Below, piece after piece: positions 12,538 to 24,776 of a stretch of DNA of 64,000 nucleotides. Positions within the stretch are counted from its first letter, which is position 1; every line of letters starts with the position of its first letter. Source of the DNA: Protoeuglena noctilucae (lineage: Eukaryota); the NCBI GenBank assembly GCA_958009085.1, contig OY253679.1, positions 248,001-312,000 on the forward strand, written 5' to 3'. The notes beneath the pieces are model-generated. The model saw only the letters and a list, made by a program, of their open reading frames with translations. It ran no database searches and had not been told where the DNA came from. Both the position numbers and the translations under genes were made by a program.

Positions 12538-15500
12538 ATGGGTAGCCGCGAGCGGCATCCGAGCGCACACGCGGTTTCAGGGCGTGGCCGCGAAGCGGAC
12601 GCGGTTTCTCCTCACGGCTCGCGGCCAACTCGCACATGGATCGCGTGTTCGTTCATTCTCTCATCGCTCGCGCGGGGAAAACGACTCCGCGCCCTCCGCG
12701 GCCCACCACGCGCAGGGACGAGGGGCCTCCGCATCAAAATCGATACGTCCGGCAGGCATTCGGACCGTCCCGACGTCGACGACAGCCACCAGCAAGATCT
12801 CCTGTCCCGGTCGCCACTCGCTGCGGACCTCAGGCGGTCCCTGAAGTCCGGCGTCGACCACCGCCCCTCGTGGGCCGCGGGAGCCGCGCTGAGCCCCGCT
12901 GCGAGCCTCGCGCCGGCCGCCGCGGCTCCTGCTTCGACGGAGGTGGGTCTCGAGACCCGCACGGGCCCATTCCAGGAGCGAATCGAGGCGGAGCATCGAT
13001 TCCGCACCGTCTGCCGCGCCCTCCTGGCGCCCGGGCTGCTCCCCGGGCCCGCGCGGCCCGACGAACCGGACGCGTCGTCGCTGGCGGGCCGCGTGGCGGT
13101 CGCGCGATGGGCCGCGCGGGCCATGGGGATGCCCGCTGTGGTACTCGAACGTGCTGTGGCCGAGGCCCTGGACGCCAACCGCCAACTCTTGGCCACCTAC
13201 GAGCGGTGAGAGAGCCATAGCACGAATTGTTTCTTGATTGTGACAGCTGCGGCGAGCAGGGAGCGAGTCCGCGTCGCCCGTCGCAACCCTTGTGATGGAC
13301 AGACCACAACACACCGCCACCTCTGCCGTCGCCTCCCGCAGTCAACACCGGGCCCTTCGGTCCGCTCGTGGTGGGGACGGCACCCCGTCCGCAGAGCACT
13401 TCTTATCTCCCGAAGCCTTTGCCGCTTGGCGTGAGAGCGAGCTGGAGGAACTGGAGAGAATCGCGGGCGCCCTGCGCGCGATGCCGGAGTTCCAAGCGAG
13501 CGCCAGGGTGTGCCTGGTGGGGGCGAGGGACCTGCCAGACCCACCCAAGGGAGGGCGCAAGGGGCTGGCCGCTCTCATGTCGTGCTGTATGGCGCCGGGT
13601 GAGCAGGGCAGGGTGTGCGGATGTGGGGAGTGGGTGTTGGGGGTGGTAACACATTGCATGTGTTGCTGGGCACACAGCACAGAGCGAGGGGGCAAACGAG
13701 GCGCAAGCGGTTGCGATGCGGCCGCTCCCATATATGCCCATTCAATTTCAAACTGCAAACTCATTCTCACCTCATCCCACCCCCAGCGTCGGAAGACGAG
13801 GGCCTGAACGCCTTCGCCGTCGTCACCCTGGGCCCCTCCCCCGGCGCCGTTTATGGCGACGCCCGCCACGTGCGGCACGCCAGCGCGGCCAGCGGCGTTG
13901 GCGGCGGCGGCGGTGCGGACCGGGTCATCGGGGGCGCGCGAGTTGTTATGGGAAACACGGGCAGCGCCGGTAGTAGCGCGGGTGCGGTGTGCGCGTCGGT
14001 GGCCAACGCCGTCTTTGCCACCGAGCCCCGTGTCAACTCCCGCTCCCCCGCTTGGCACGCGGCTGCCCCCGCGGCGCTTATTACGACCCGCGAGAGCGAC
14101 CGTCTGCGCATTGAGATCCGGCACGACCCCTCGGCCAGTCGTGCGTTGAGTGACGAGGCGGTACGGGCGTTGGGGGCGGGGGAGGGCACTCCCAGGTATC
14201 AGGCGGACGGGCGCGGGGGCGGCGTGGAGGTGCGGGGGGGGCATCTGCGGGTGGAGGGGGGGCCGGACTACGCGATGATGACGGGGATCGGGTGAGCATG
14301 AGATGGGGATGCGTATTGTGCTGTGGTGTTGGATGTTATGGGGTGGGGTTGTGCGATGATGACGGGGATCGGGTGAAGAGTGCGGGTGGGTGGGGTGGTG
14401 CTATGAGAGCGGGCATTGGGCAGGTAGCGTGAGCATGCAACGAGCCACCATGCGATGCAATTGCGATGATAGACGTTATTGATTGCCACTCTTCATGGCG
14501 CAGGGAGGAGCTGTCACGTGGTGGTGGTGGATCCGCGATGTGCGCCATGTCTGCATTGGAGGCATCGCCCACCGACGCAGCGGCCCCGCTGCTGGGATGG
14601 GTGGAGGTGCCGGTGGATGCGGGGGGGGTGGCGGTGACTGCCAAGAGAGGTGAGAGAAATGGGCGGTGAATAGACGTGGGGCGGCTGGGGCTGGGCAGAG
14701 AGTGGTGAGAGGGGTGGGGTGCATGTGAGAGGTGCTGGTGGATGCGGGGGGGGTGGCGGTGATGGCGAAGAGAGGTCTGATGGATGGGGTGATGTGAGAA
14801 GGGTGGCTGTAGCTGTGTGCGCAAGGAGATGCGCGGGGTTTGGCCACTCACCCCCACTGACTTCCACCTACCTCACCCCACACCGCTCATCACCCACCCC
14901 ACCCGCACTAAGCCCCACATCACCCACACCACCCCACATATCAGCCACACCACCCCACATATCACCCACCACCACCCCTCACCCGCCCCCAGTCCTCTCC
15001 AAGATGGCCGTGGACCCCCGCATCCGCGACCGCCTGGCCAAGCGAAACGTCAGACCCGACCCACCCAACGACGCCAACTGGCCGGCCCTCGATCTATTTA
15101 TAGAGTGTGTATGCGAGAGGGGACAGGTGGCGACAGGTGCGGGCGGGCAGCCCGGGGCAGTGGCGGTGGGTCCGACGTCTTCGTACCGAGAGCGGGTGCG
15201 GGCGGTGGGGGCGGCGATGGGGGCGGTGTGGCGCGCGTGGGACGATGCGCGGCGTCTGGGTGCGGGTGCGGGCGTGGCGGTGGGGCCGATGGATGCGCAT
15301 GCGTTTGGGGGCGTGGGGGGTGCGATGGCGGCGGCGGTGGAGGCGGCGTATCAATGTGCGGGGCACGTGCCCACGGGGACGGCGCTGTTCGTGGCAGTCA
15401 AGGCGAGAGGGGTGGATGGGGTGGTAGGTGGATGCATGGGGGTGGTGCATGCTTGCGGGGATTGGTGCATTGCATATCTCATCGTCACTCTCACTTGCAT

Positions 15501-18500
15501 TTGCACTGCCACTGTTACCAACACCACCCTCACCCTCACCCACACACTCACCCCCCTTGCCCCCCCAGCTGTGTGCCTACCTTCGTGTGCGTGGCGAGGC
15601 GCTCTGTCTGTGCCTGGCGCGTCACTTGCTGGAGCGATGGGCCGAGGAGGCGGGGTACCTGGTGTCGCTGCGGTGCGCGGTGGTGCCCGTGGCGGCGGCG
15701 ATGAGGGGCGGGACGATGAACAGGGTGGAGGTGAGGGGTGGAGTGGGGTGGGAGTGGATGTGAGGGGGGGAACGATGAACAGGGTGGAGGTGAGGAGATG
15801 GGTGGGATAGGGTGGAGTGGGGTGGAGATGTGGGGTGGGGTGAGGGGGGGGTGGAGTGGGTGAGGGACGCGGCAGCATGGGGTGGTACGGCGAGCACCAC
15901 CGTCAATTGCCTGCCAAGTATCGACTGCCTGCCCACTCTCGCCTGCTCTCCCCATTCGCAGCACCAGATGTCGCTGGATCTGATGTCCGACCTGGCCAGC
16001 CATATCCATAGTTACATCTAATTACTAGATACTAATTACATCTCCCATTGCTCTCCATCACTCGCAGCACCAAATGGCATTGGACCTGATGTCGGACCTG
16101 GCCAGCCGGGTGGTGCAGGTGCTGGACGACCTGTACCTGGCACTGCCGGAGAAACAGGTGAATGGGGATAGTTTCATTTACGCATGAATAGTAATGGTAA
16201 TAGTAATACATGTGCATGGGTGGTGCAGGTGCACGGTGCCACTACGTGCTTACTACTCTCAACTCCCTCGATATCCCATCTCTCCCCCCCCAGATGTCTG
16301 CCTGCCTGAAGGCCCTGGTGAGCCTGGCGGGCATGGCGCTGCTGCAGGACCCTTACCCAGTTGGATTCGACGAAGCATTGAAGGTGCACGTCAAGCGCAG
16401 CGCGAGGAACCAGGCGAGTGTTATTGAATATCGAAAAATGATATCATTATAGTTATAATAATGTTAATAGTTATTATAAATACTGATTTTTATTGAACAT
16501 TATTATTGTTCTTATCGCTGCGTCTTATCGTTCACTCCCAGGTGATCCGCGTGCTGAGTCAGCAGGAGCAGTCCTTAGAGGAGGCGGTGGGGGCGGTGAC
16601 GCGGGCGGTGCGGACGGCAAAGGAGGCGATCGTGGGGGATCTGGTGGTTGCACACGCGCTGCCGGGGAGCAGGGGGGTGGCACAGGTGAGGAGATGGTTA
16701 CTAGTACCTTTACTATGACTATTACTATCACTATCACTATCGCTGTCATTATCACTATTACTACCACTATCACTATTACCACCTCCCCACCATCTCAGGC
16801 CGCTTCTGCCACGCGCTATTCGGTGATTGCGGCCGCGTTGGGCCAGATATTCAGCGGGATGGAAACGGTGACATACACGGCGGCAGTGCAGTTATTGGAA
16901 GATGCTATGGCGGAGTGGCACGAGGAGTTGAGGAGGCAGGGGATGGTGCGGAGGAAGGTGGAGGGGGAGGGGGAGAGAGGTGAGGGGTGGGGTGGGGGTG
17001 GGGGTGAGGTTGGTGGTGAGGGGTGCATAAAGGGCAGCATGTGCACCAGCGCTACCTTGCACATATGCTACCCACCACCACCATAACTAGACACAAACAC
17101 CACCCACCATTCACCGCACACCCCGCCTTACTCGCAGACCCCCTCTCCCCGTCCCCCCCCATCGCCATCACGCCAGACAACCCCTTTCACCCCGCCAACC
17201 CCACCGCCACCACCCCCGCCCCATCCCACGCCCGCCGCCCCTCCGGGACGCCCCGCGACAACGACAGCGACGTTTACCCTACCCCCGCCAGTAATCCGCC
17301 AGAATCGGGGCGCCAGGGGCGGACATCATCGGCGGGGGCGAGTGTGAAAGCGACCCCACCCCGTGCCCCACCCGCACCCTCACCCCATGCACCCCGCGCA
17401 TCCTTTCTCACTCCCGACAGCGCCGGCGCTCGCAGCAACATCAGCGGCGATCGCAGCGCCAACGCCACCCCCGCCCCACGCACCGCTGGTCGCAACACTG
17501 GTCGCAATGCCGATCGCACCGCCAGTGCCACCCCCGCCACCCCCGCTGTCCCGTTGGCAGCTGCCGAGGCATCGCAAAAGTCGTTGAGCGGTGGCCGGTC
17601 AGTGACTAAGATCGTGGATGGGGAGATTGAGTTGGTGGATTTGGAGGCGATGTTGGGTTCGTCCATCCGGGCGTGGGTGGGGGCGGTGGCGGAGAAACTG
17701 GTGCAGTGGGTAAGTGGGTGGATGAATGGGGTTGATAAGTGGATGTGAATTATTAAGTTGGATGAGTGCAGTGGGTGAGAAGGGGTGGATGAGTGGGTGA
17801 ATCAATGGGCGAATGAATGGGGTAGGTGGGTGGATGTGAGTGATTGGAATGGGTGTGGTTGGGTGTGCTGGTAGATGGGTGATGTGGTGATGTGGTGCGC
17901 GAGCAACTACTGCGGCTTGACAACTTCTACTGCTTCAGTTTTACTCACATATGAGTAATTGTCACTACCACTTCACGTAGGTGGGCAACAACATCGCTGC
18001 TGACTCGTTTGAGCCGGCTGGGTCCGACCGTGCCCAGCGCCACAGCATGAGCGTCATCGACCTGTTCCAGGCGAGATGGGGCGATGGATGGTCATTTGTT
18101 ATGTTATAGTTATAATTGTTGATAGCAGCAGTCACAGCATGAGCGTCATCGACCTGTTCTAGGCGAGAAGAGGCGATGCGGTGGTTATTCGTAATAATAC
18201 AGAGATATCTTTTGTTGCGTTGCTCCTCTTTGTTGTCCATAATAGTGCATTTTCATGAGAATAACATAAGTTCTATAAGTTCTTATTATCATCATCAATT
18301 ATCAATTATTTACAACAATTACCATCCCCCACCTCCCCCATCTCCCCTATCCCCGCAGCTGCTGGGCGCCGTGACCGAGCAAGTGATGCGCCGTGCAGCC
18401 CTGGGCCCCCCCAGCCGCCACGCCAGCGTCGCATTGCAGCTGGAGCGCGGCATGGGCGCGGCCTTCCAGGCGTACGCGGTCGCAATCGAGAGGCTCTGTT

Positions 18501-21500
18501 TGGACGCTCTCGATCCCAAAAGGGCGCCGGCCGTGATTGAGAGGAGCGTGGGGGGAGCGGGGGGCGGGGAGGGTGGCAATGCGGCGTGGACCACAAAGCG
18601 GCTGGCGACCATGGTGAGTGCTTGTGTATAGTGGTGATATGTGTAGTTATAAATATTGGTAATAGTTGGTGATAATTACGCAAGGGGCACGGCTGGCGAC
18701 CACGGCGAGCCGACGGGATGGCGAACTGTACAGCTAACTGTGGATACTGGTAATTGTTGATATTGATAATGTCACATTGTAACACCCCTCCCTTGTTGCG
18801 CAGCTCAACAACCTCCGCGCCATCGAGGTGCGTCAGTTCCAGGTCAAGTGCGTTTTGCGAGACCTGGCCACCAAGGGACGGGTCACGGCGTGGGGCGGGG
18901 AGCAAATGGACGAAAGCAGTGGTGACGATGGTAACGGTGGTAACGATGGACATGGTCATGATAATGGTGATAATGATGACGATATCGACGACGATTTGAG
19001 TCTGGAAGGGGGCTCGTCGTCGGGTGGTGGAGAGGGGGAGGGTGGCAGTGCGGGGAAGGGTGGTGGCGAGGGGGCGGGGGCGGTGGGGCGGGCATCCGAC
19101 GCCGCGGGGGAGATGCTCAGGCGAGGGCGGGCGTTATTGTTGTTATTATCAGTATTATAATATGCAATATTATTGGTATTGATGATGATGTCGGTGTGAA
19201 ATTGGTAATATTATTGTATTATTATAAAGTAACCGTTCCCCGCCCGTCTCCTCCGCACAGATCCACCATCCTTCGCGTGCTGGGGGAGCTTGGCTGGCGC
19301 GTGCGTGAGCTGGTGGGCTTCCACGTCCGGCACGCATTGACGGCGGTGCGGAGGCAGGGGGCGGGGGCGATGGAGGGGGAGATGGCGGGGGAGGGGGCCG
19401 AGGGAGAGCCGTTCCGGTGAGCGGGTTTGAACATGGATATTGATATCATGGCTGCCATGGGCGTGGGGTTGAATTGCGACGTTTAGCGGTTGTCATTATA
19501 CTGACTGCGATTGGCATGTTATCGACGATTGCTTTTATTGCTAGTACGAATATTCAGTTGATATCCATGTATAATAACAACATACATAGTGACTACTACC
19601 ATCGACACACTAACCGCCTTGGCCACCCCTCCTTCCCTGCCCCGCAGCAAGCAGGGCCTGATCGCCAGAGTGAAGGCCAAATACCAGCGATATTTGGCTA
19701 AGAAAGCCGCCAAGAGAGCACCAAAATGGGCGGCGCAGGCTGGGGGATCTGCCAGCGCCCAAACGCCAGCGATGGGGGTGGGGTTGGGGGGGGGCGGTGC
19801 GGGCAGTCATGCAAATGAGGCGATGGCTGGGGCTGGGGCGGCGGCCAGACGCAGGGGATCGCGGGGATTGGGCCGGGATCGATCCGGATCGACGCTTGAT
19901 GTCAACGCCGTCATTTGCGATGAGACCAACCCATTTGCTGTGACGGGGGGTGGTGGTTGGGGTGGGGATGGGGAGGGCAGCGATGTGTCGGAGATGGATG
20001 CGGGGCTGGACCCTTCGCTCATGGCGGTGAGTGGAATATGGTAATATATACCATTATATGGTGTAAACATTGGTAAATATACAATAATGCTGTATTGGTG
20101 AGTGGTTGTGTCGGAGATGGATGCCGGGCTGGACCCTTCGCTCGTGGTGGTGAGTTAGAGATGGTTATTGATATAATTGGTACAGTTATTGATTAAAATA
20201 TAATCATTGCCAACGAGATGGTTATTGATATAATTGGTACAGTTATTGATTAAAATATAATCATTGCCAACGATGATCGATGCTTAGCACTCGGTGCTTT
20301 CAACTACTAGCGAATGCCTCATGCCTTTTAAACGATTGCAGGGCGACGCTGCACCAATGGATGACGGTGCCGGCAGCCGCGAGCTGTCGGGTCCCGGCGT
20401 GATGGCGTCGCTGCCCAGTGACGTGGCTTCTGCATATCTCGGGGGAGGGGGGGAGGCGGCCGTGGTGGCCCTCAAAGCGTACCTGGACAGCGAGGTGATG
20501 GACGATGACGGTGTTTGTGTTGTTTTATTTTACAATATAAGTATTTTGTAGATAATATGCTACAACACCACAACACCAACTAACCACCACTCTCATCACC
20601 CCCCATCCCCACAGATGGAGTGCATGTATTTGAGCATGGTCCCCGCCGTGTTCAATCTCGCGATGTCCGAGTCGTGGTCGGCGTGCCTGCGACTGTTCGA
20701 GGATCTATTGCTTCATAAGGACACGGCCATTGCGGCGCTGGGGACACCACAGGAGCTGGACATGGCGCGGGTGCTGTTCGTGGAGGTGAGATGGGAGTGG
20801 AACGGGAGGAGTTGTAACAGTCGGTCGTGACATCATATGGTCACACCCTATAAGTGTAACACTTACCACCATTTGCATGGCGCGGGTGACGAGCGTGGCA
20901 TAGCCCATGGACCGTCATTCCGTCATTCGCATCCCCATCTGCCACTGGGACAAGGCGCCGTGGACGAATTTGGAATATTCTCTTTCCCACTCCGCTGGAC
21001 GGAAAATATGCCAACTCTTCCACGGCGCTGCGTCACAGTGGCAGATGCTCATGCGAATGACGGCAGATGCTGATGCGAAACGGCAGATGCTCATGTGAGT
21101 GACGGCTCCAAGGTGGGACGATGCAGATTGCACGACGATGCGGTAACATGGTTATTACAGTTTCATTTATCATGATATCACAATGAAAAATATAATGCGG
21201 GTATCTAGTACAGTATTATGACATACATCAATATACAAATACTTATTCATATATTGTATCATTATCAATTTTAGTGACACCCAATTAACACCAACATCCT
21301 TTAATATCTACCCCCGCCCCTCCACAGATCCTGGAGCACTTCCACGGCGACAGCCTGGGTTTGCCCCGGCGCCAGTTGGAGCGGACGTCGCGACGGGTGG
21401 CGCGGCTGTTCGACCTTCATTATTCCTCAACAAAAGTGCTGCGGAAGGTGTTCTTCGCCTTAAAGGCGCAAGTGATCGAGAGGCGCACGCACCTGCTGCC

Positions 21501-23888
21501 TGCTGCAGAGGCGGGGGCGGAGGGGGCGGGGGCGGCGGGGATCGAGCGGCCGTCTGTGAGGTGAGGAGATGAGGGGTGGTGGTGGTGGTGGTAGTAGTAA
21601 GACTTATCGACCCGTCCATCGCTCCCCAGCTCCACTATACTTATTTATGATTAGTAATTAAGAGATTTTTAACTACTCTCCTCACTCTCCTTGCCCCTCC
21701 CCACCACCCCCCCAGCTTTGCGTCCCTCTCCCACGCCGGCCCCAGCGGCCAGGACATCGCGCGTGCAGTGACAGCACTGGGCCCGGAGGGGGTGTCGATG
21801 TTAGACGTGCTGGAGGTGCTGAGGCAGCGGGCGGGGAGGGACGAGCAGGCCGCGGAGGTGGGTAGTTGATTAATTGAGCGAGTGGTGGGGAGTGGTGGAG
21901 TGAGTGAGTGGTTGGTTGGTTGGTTGAGTGAGTGAGTGAGTGAGGCAGTGAGTGGGGTGCGTGGGGGTGGGAGGGAGTGCGCATGCGTGGGAAGCGAGTG
22001 CGCAGGTGCGGGTAGTAGTGAGGGTGCATGGATAGACTAGCAAGTAAAGATGGCGCCACGCATCGCCAGGTGCCGCCAGGTGCCGCAATACTAATTATAG
22101 TCATTATAGTCATAAATTATACATATATAATCATATTAGTGTCATATATAGTCATATCCCCCATCTCTCCCCACCACCCTCCCCCAGGTCGTCTCATCAG
22201 GTCGTCAGGTCGTCTCATATACTACTAGATATACTATCATAATTATGAACCTCATTCTCACTCTCTCCACCACCCCCCAGGTCGTTTCGGCCGAGGGCGA
22301 CGCCGCCCGCCGCGACCTCCTCTCCTCGCTGTTCGGATTCGACCCCGGGGCCACCTCCCTCGTCGCGTCGCACCCGTGCGCATTGGACGACGTGCCGGGG
22401 ACGCTCTTCGTCACCACCAGATTCCTCGCATTCGCGCCCCACGAGAACCTCAGGCACTCGTGGGACCCACGGGGGGCGGGTGAGTAAGCATGCGAGTAAA
22501 GTTTTTAGATATTATTGTTTTTGAACGTGATGGAGGGTGATGAAGTAAGGGAGATGATGATTAAATTGTTTCCAAGTAAATTGCTATATATCATCTCTGA
22601 CCACCCCTCCGTTTCCATCACTTGATATCGTGCTATGGACCCCTATCCTCTCCAATCCAAACCGTCATCGCAGTCGACGGCGCTGCGGCTGCCCCCGACC
22701 GCCGCGTGGTGGTCCCCGTGGCGAAGATCGCAGCCATGGATGCGGAGACGATGGGGCACGAGGAGGCGGTGGTCATGGTGAGCAGACCATAGCTATTGAT
22801 GTATGTTGAGTATATGATGTGATTAATTGTTACTAACTGAGAGTGGTTGTGGACGCGGAGACGATGGGGCACGAGGAAGCCGTGGTCATGGTGACGGAAA
22901 GAGACGCGTGCTGTGTTATCAATTGGTCCCTACCATTGTCCTGCAATCATCAAAACCCCAACAATCCAATGATCATAAGCTTTCATTTATTATAAATCCC
23001 TTCTCTCCTTGCCCCTTTCAGATCGGCCCCGACCACGAGCGCCACGTCTTCTCGCGTTTCGCGGCACGCCAGAGGGACGTGCTGCTGTCCACGCTGTGGA
23101 CGGCCGTTTCTGGCACCGGCACCGCGCTCGAGGCCTATCTCGCCAAGCAGATGCGCGGGGCGGCCGAGGGCGTGGGCGGGGTGCTGCCGGCGGGGGAGGC
23201 CGTGCTCCGGAGCTACAAGTGCGCCAAGGCGAGTAGCTAGTAACGGAGGCGTCGATGGCTGGAGTGGTCAAATGGTCCATGGATGGATCCATGGGTGACG
23301 TTACCACTGTTTCTGTGTAAGTAATCATGATCGTTATTATTGTTGCTGTAATTACTGATTATTAATTTGTTGTTATCATTAGTATTCGTTTTATCAATAT
23401 GCTCTTATCCGAACCCCCTCTCTTGTTCTCAGATCACGAAGGACCGCCTCCGCCTGAAGCACGGCACGCTCTACGTGTGTTTCAAGCACCTGGTCTTCGA
23501 CTCCACCGAGTGCACCCGCAAGACCATCCCATACGTGGACGTACTCAAGGTTAGGCGGATGGTTGGAGTGTGATAATGTATGATAGTAATATGGTGATAA
23601 CATAGTTGTAATTGTGACGGCATCGATGGAGTATCGGGGCGATCATCATAGCACAGCGAGGGAAGGGTGTTATCATATCAAATCGACCGTCTATTCGATT
23701 GCTTGCTTATTGTCCCACAATCCTCGCAGGTCACGTGCGAGCACAGCGACTTACACGGACCGGTCGTGACGTTCAAAGTGCCCGTCTACGACAAGAAGCG
23801 GCTCAAGCTGGCCGGGTTCGAGTCCCGCCAGGACGCAGTGGATCTCGTCAGCGTCATCTCGGGACTCTGCGACGTCCACCGGCGGTAA
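12538..23888 (+). CDS. Munc13/UNC-13-like tethering protein: C2 domain, MUN (MHD1+MHD2) domain, two C-terminal GRAM-like domains
   Basis: C2-like RVCLVGARDLP; MHD1-like WVGNNIAADSFEP..RHSMSVIDLFQLL; MHD2-like LKAYLDSEMECMY..EILEHFHGDSLGLP..LFDLHYSSTKVL; GRAM-like LVASHPCALDDVPGTLFVTTRFLAF and EAVLRSYKCAK..HGTLYVCFKHLVFDS. More than 20 exons; start codon uncertain, stop TAA at 23888. Confidence 0.7.
20158..20273. repeat. Perfect 57-bp AT-rich tandem duplication in an intron
   Basis: GAGATGGTTATTGATATAATTGGTACAGTTATTGATTAAAATATAATCATTGCCAAC at 20158 and 20215. Confidence 0.95.
20920..21063. repeat. Intronic imperfect inverted repeat (hairpin, ~62-bp arms, ~18-nt loop)
   Basis: 20920-20982 aligns to the reverse complement of 21001-21063 with roughly 11 mismatches and one indel (hand alignment). 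Confidence 0.9.
21899..21945. repeat. Compound tetranucleotide microsatellite (TGAG)n(TGGT)n(TGAG)n, intronic
   Basis: Directly visible in the sequence. Confidence 0.85.
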
Positions 23889-24776
23889 AGGAAAGGGGGC
23901 TGCATGGGGCGGTCTGCGAGAGCAGCACTGCGCCGCTCTGGAGTGCGGAAAATCTGATAGAGCTAGCTAGCGCTGGAATGAAAACGCAAAGCAATGGAAT
24001 AGATGTATGTATTGAAACGCAGAAACAGAAAAAAGAGGTTCCGCGTTGGCGGGCATCGGCGCGAGGGGAGCGTGAGCCTTTCCCCCTCGGGCGTCATTCA
24101 TGGGCGGGACCGGGAACAATTGTGGTCATCTGATGATCGCGACGTATCTATCGCGAGCGGAGGTAGAAGAACAGGGCCAGCGCTGCCGCGGCTGCGAGGG
24201 GAGAAGGACGGGGGGGACGGTTGAAACCTTTTGCGGCGTTTTGCGAGAGCTGGCGAGCGCAGCGACGGGCGCGCAGGCCCCGCGCTCACCTCCTGTTGCT
24301 CCGAGGACGACGACGGGCAGCGCGTATTGGCAATATCACAAGAACTCGGCCCACACGCACTGCAGCGAGCACTCGGCGTCTTCCTCCCTCGCCCCGGGCA
24401 TCTGCGGCGGCCTGGGGGGGATCCTTTCACAGGACGCTGGCACTGTCGCAAGAGTATTGCATTGGAACGCAAGCGGACGCACCCGGCAGGCAGGGCCGCT
24501 AGCGAGGCTGGGCGCGCGCCCCACGAGCCCCAGCTCCTCGTCGTCGGATTCGCGCATCGCTCCCAACACGTGGCTCGGCTTATGGCTGTTCAAAGACGCC
24601 GGTGTTATTGCCGCGCGGGTGAATACGAGCCCCCAGAGGCCACGGTCTGGCAGCGGGGCCAGTCGCAGGAAACGCATCCGTGCAAGCCAACGCCGTCATG
24701 GCGCGCCACGTCGCCGACAGCATAAACTTCTTTCAGCCAGTCGCCGCATTTCCGCGAGTCCTCGTACGCGCGCCGC

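Noticed and set aside
23900..24770. Possible extra gene upstream of PHYHD1 (337-aa ORF from 24100)
   Set aside because: No recognisable motifs or convincing exon structure, and the ORF runs out of frame into PHYHD1 exon 1.
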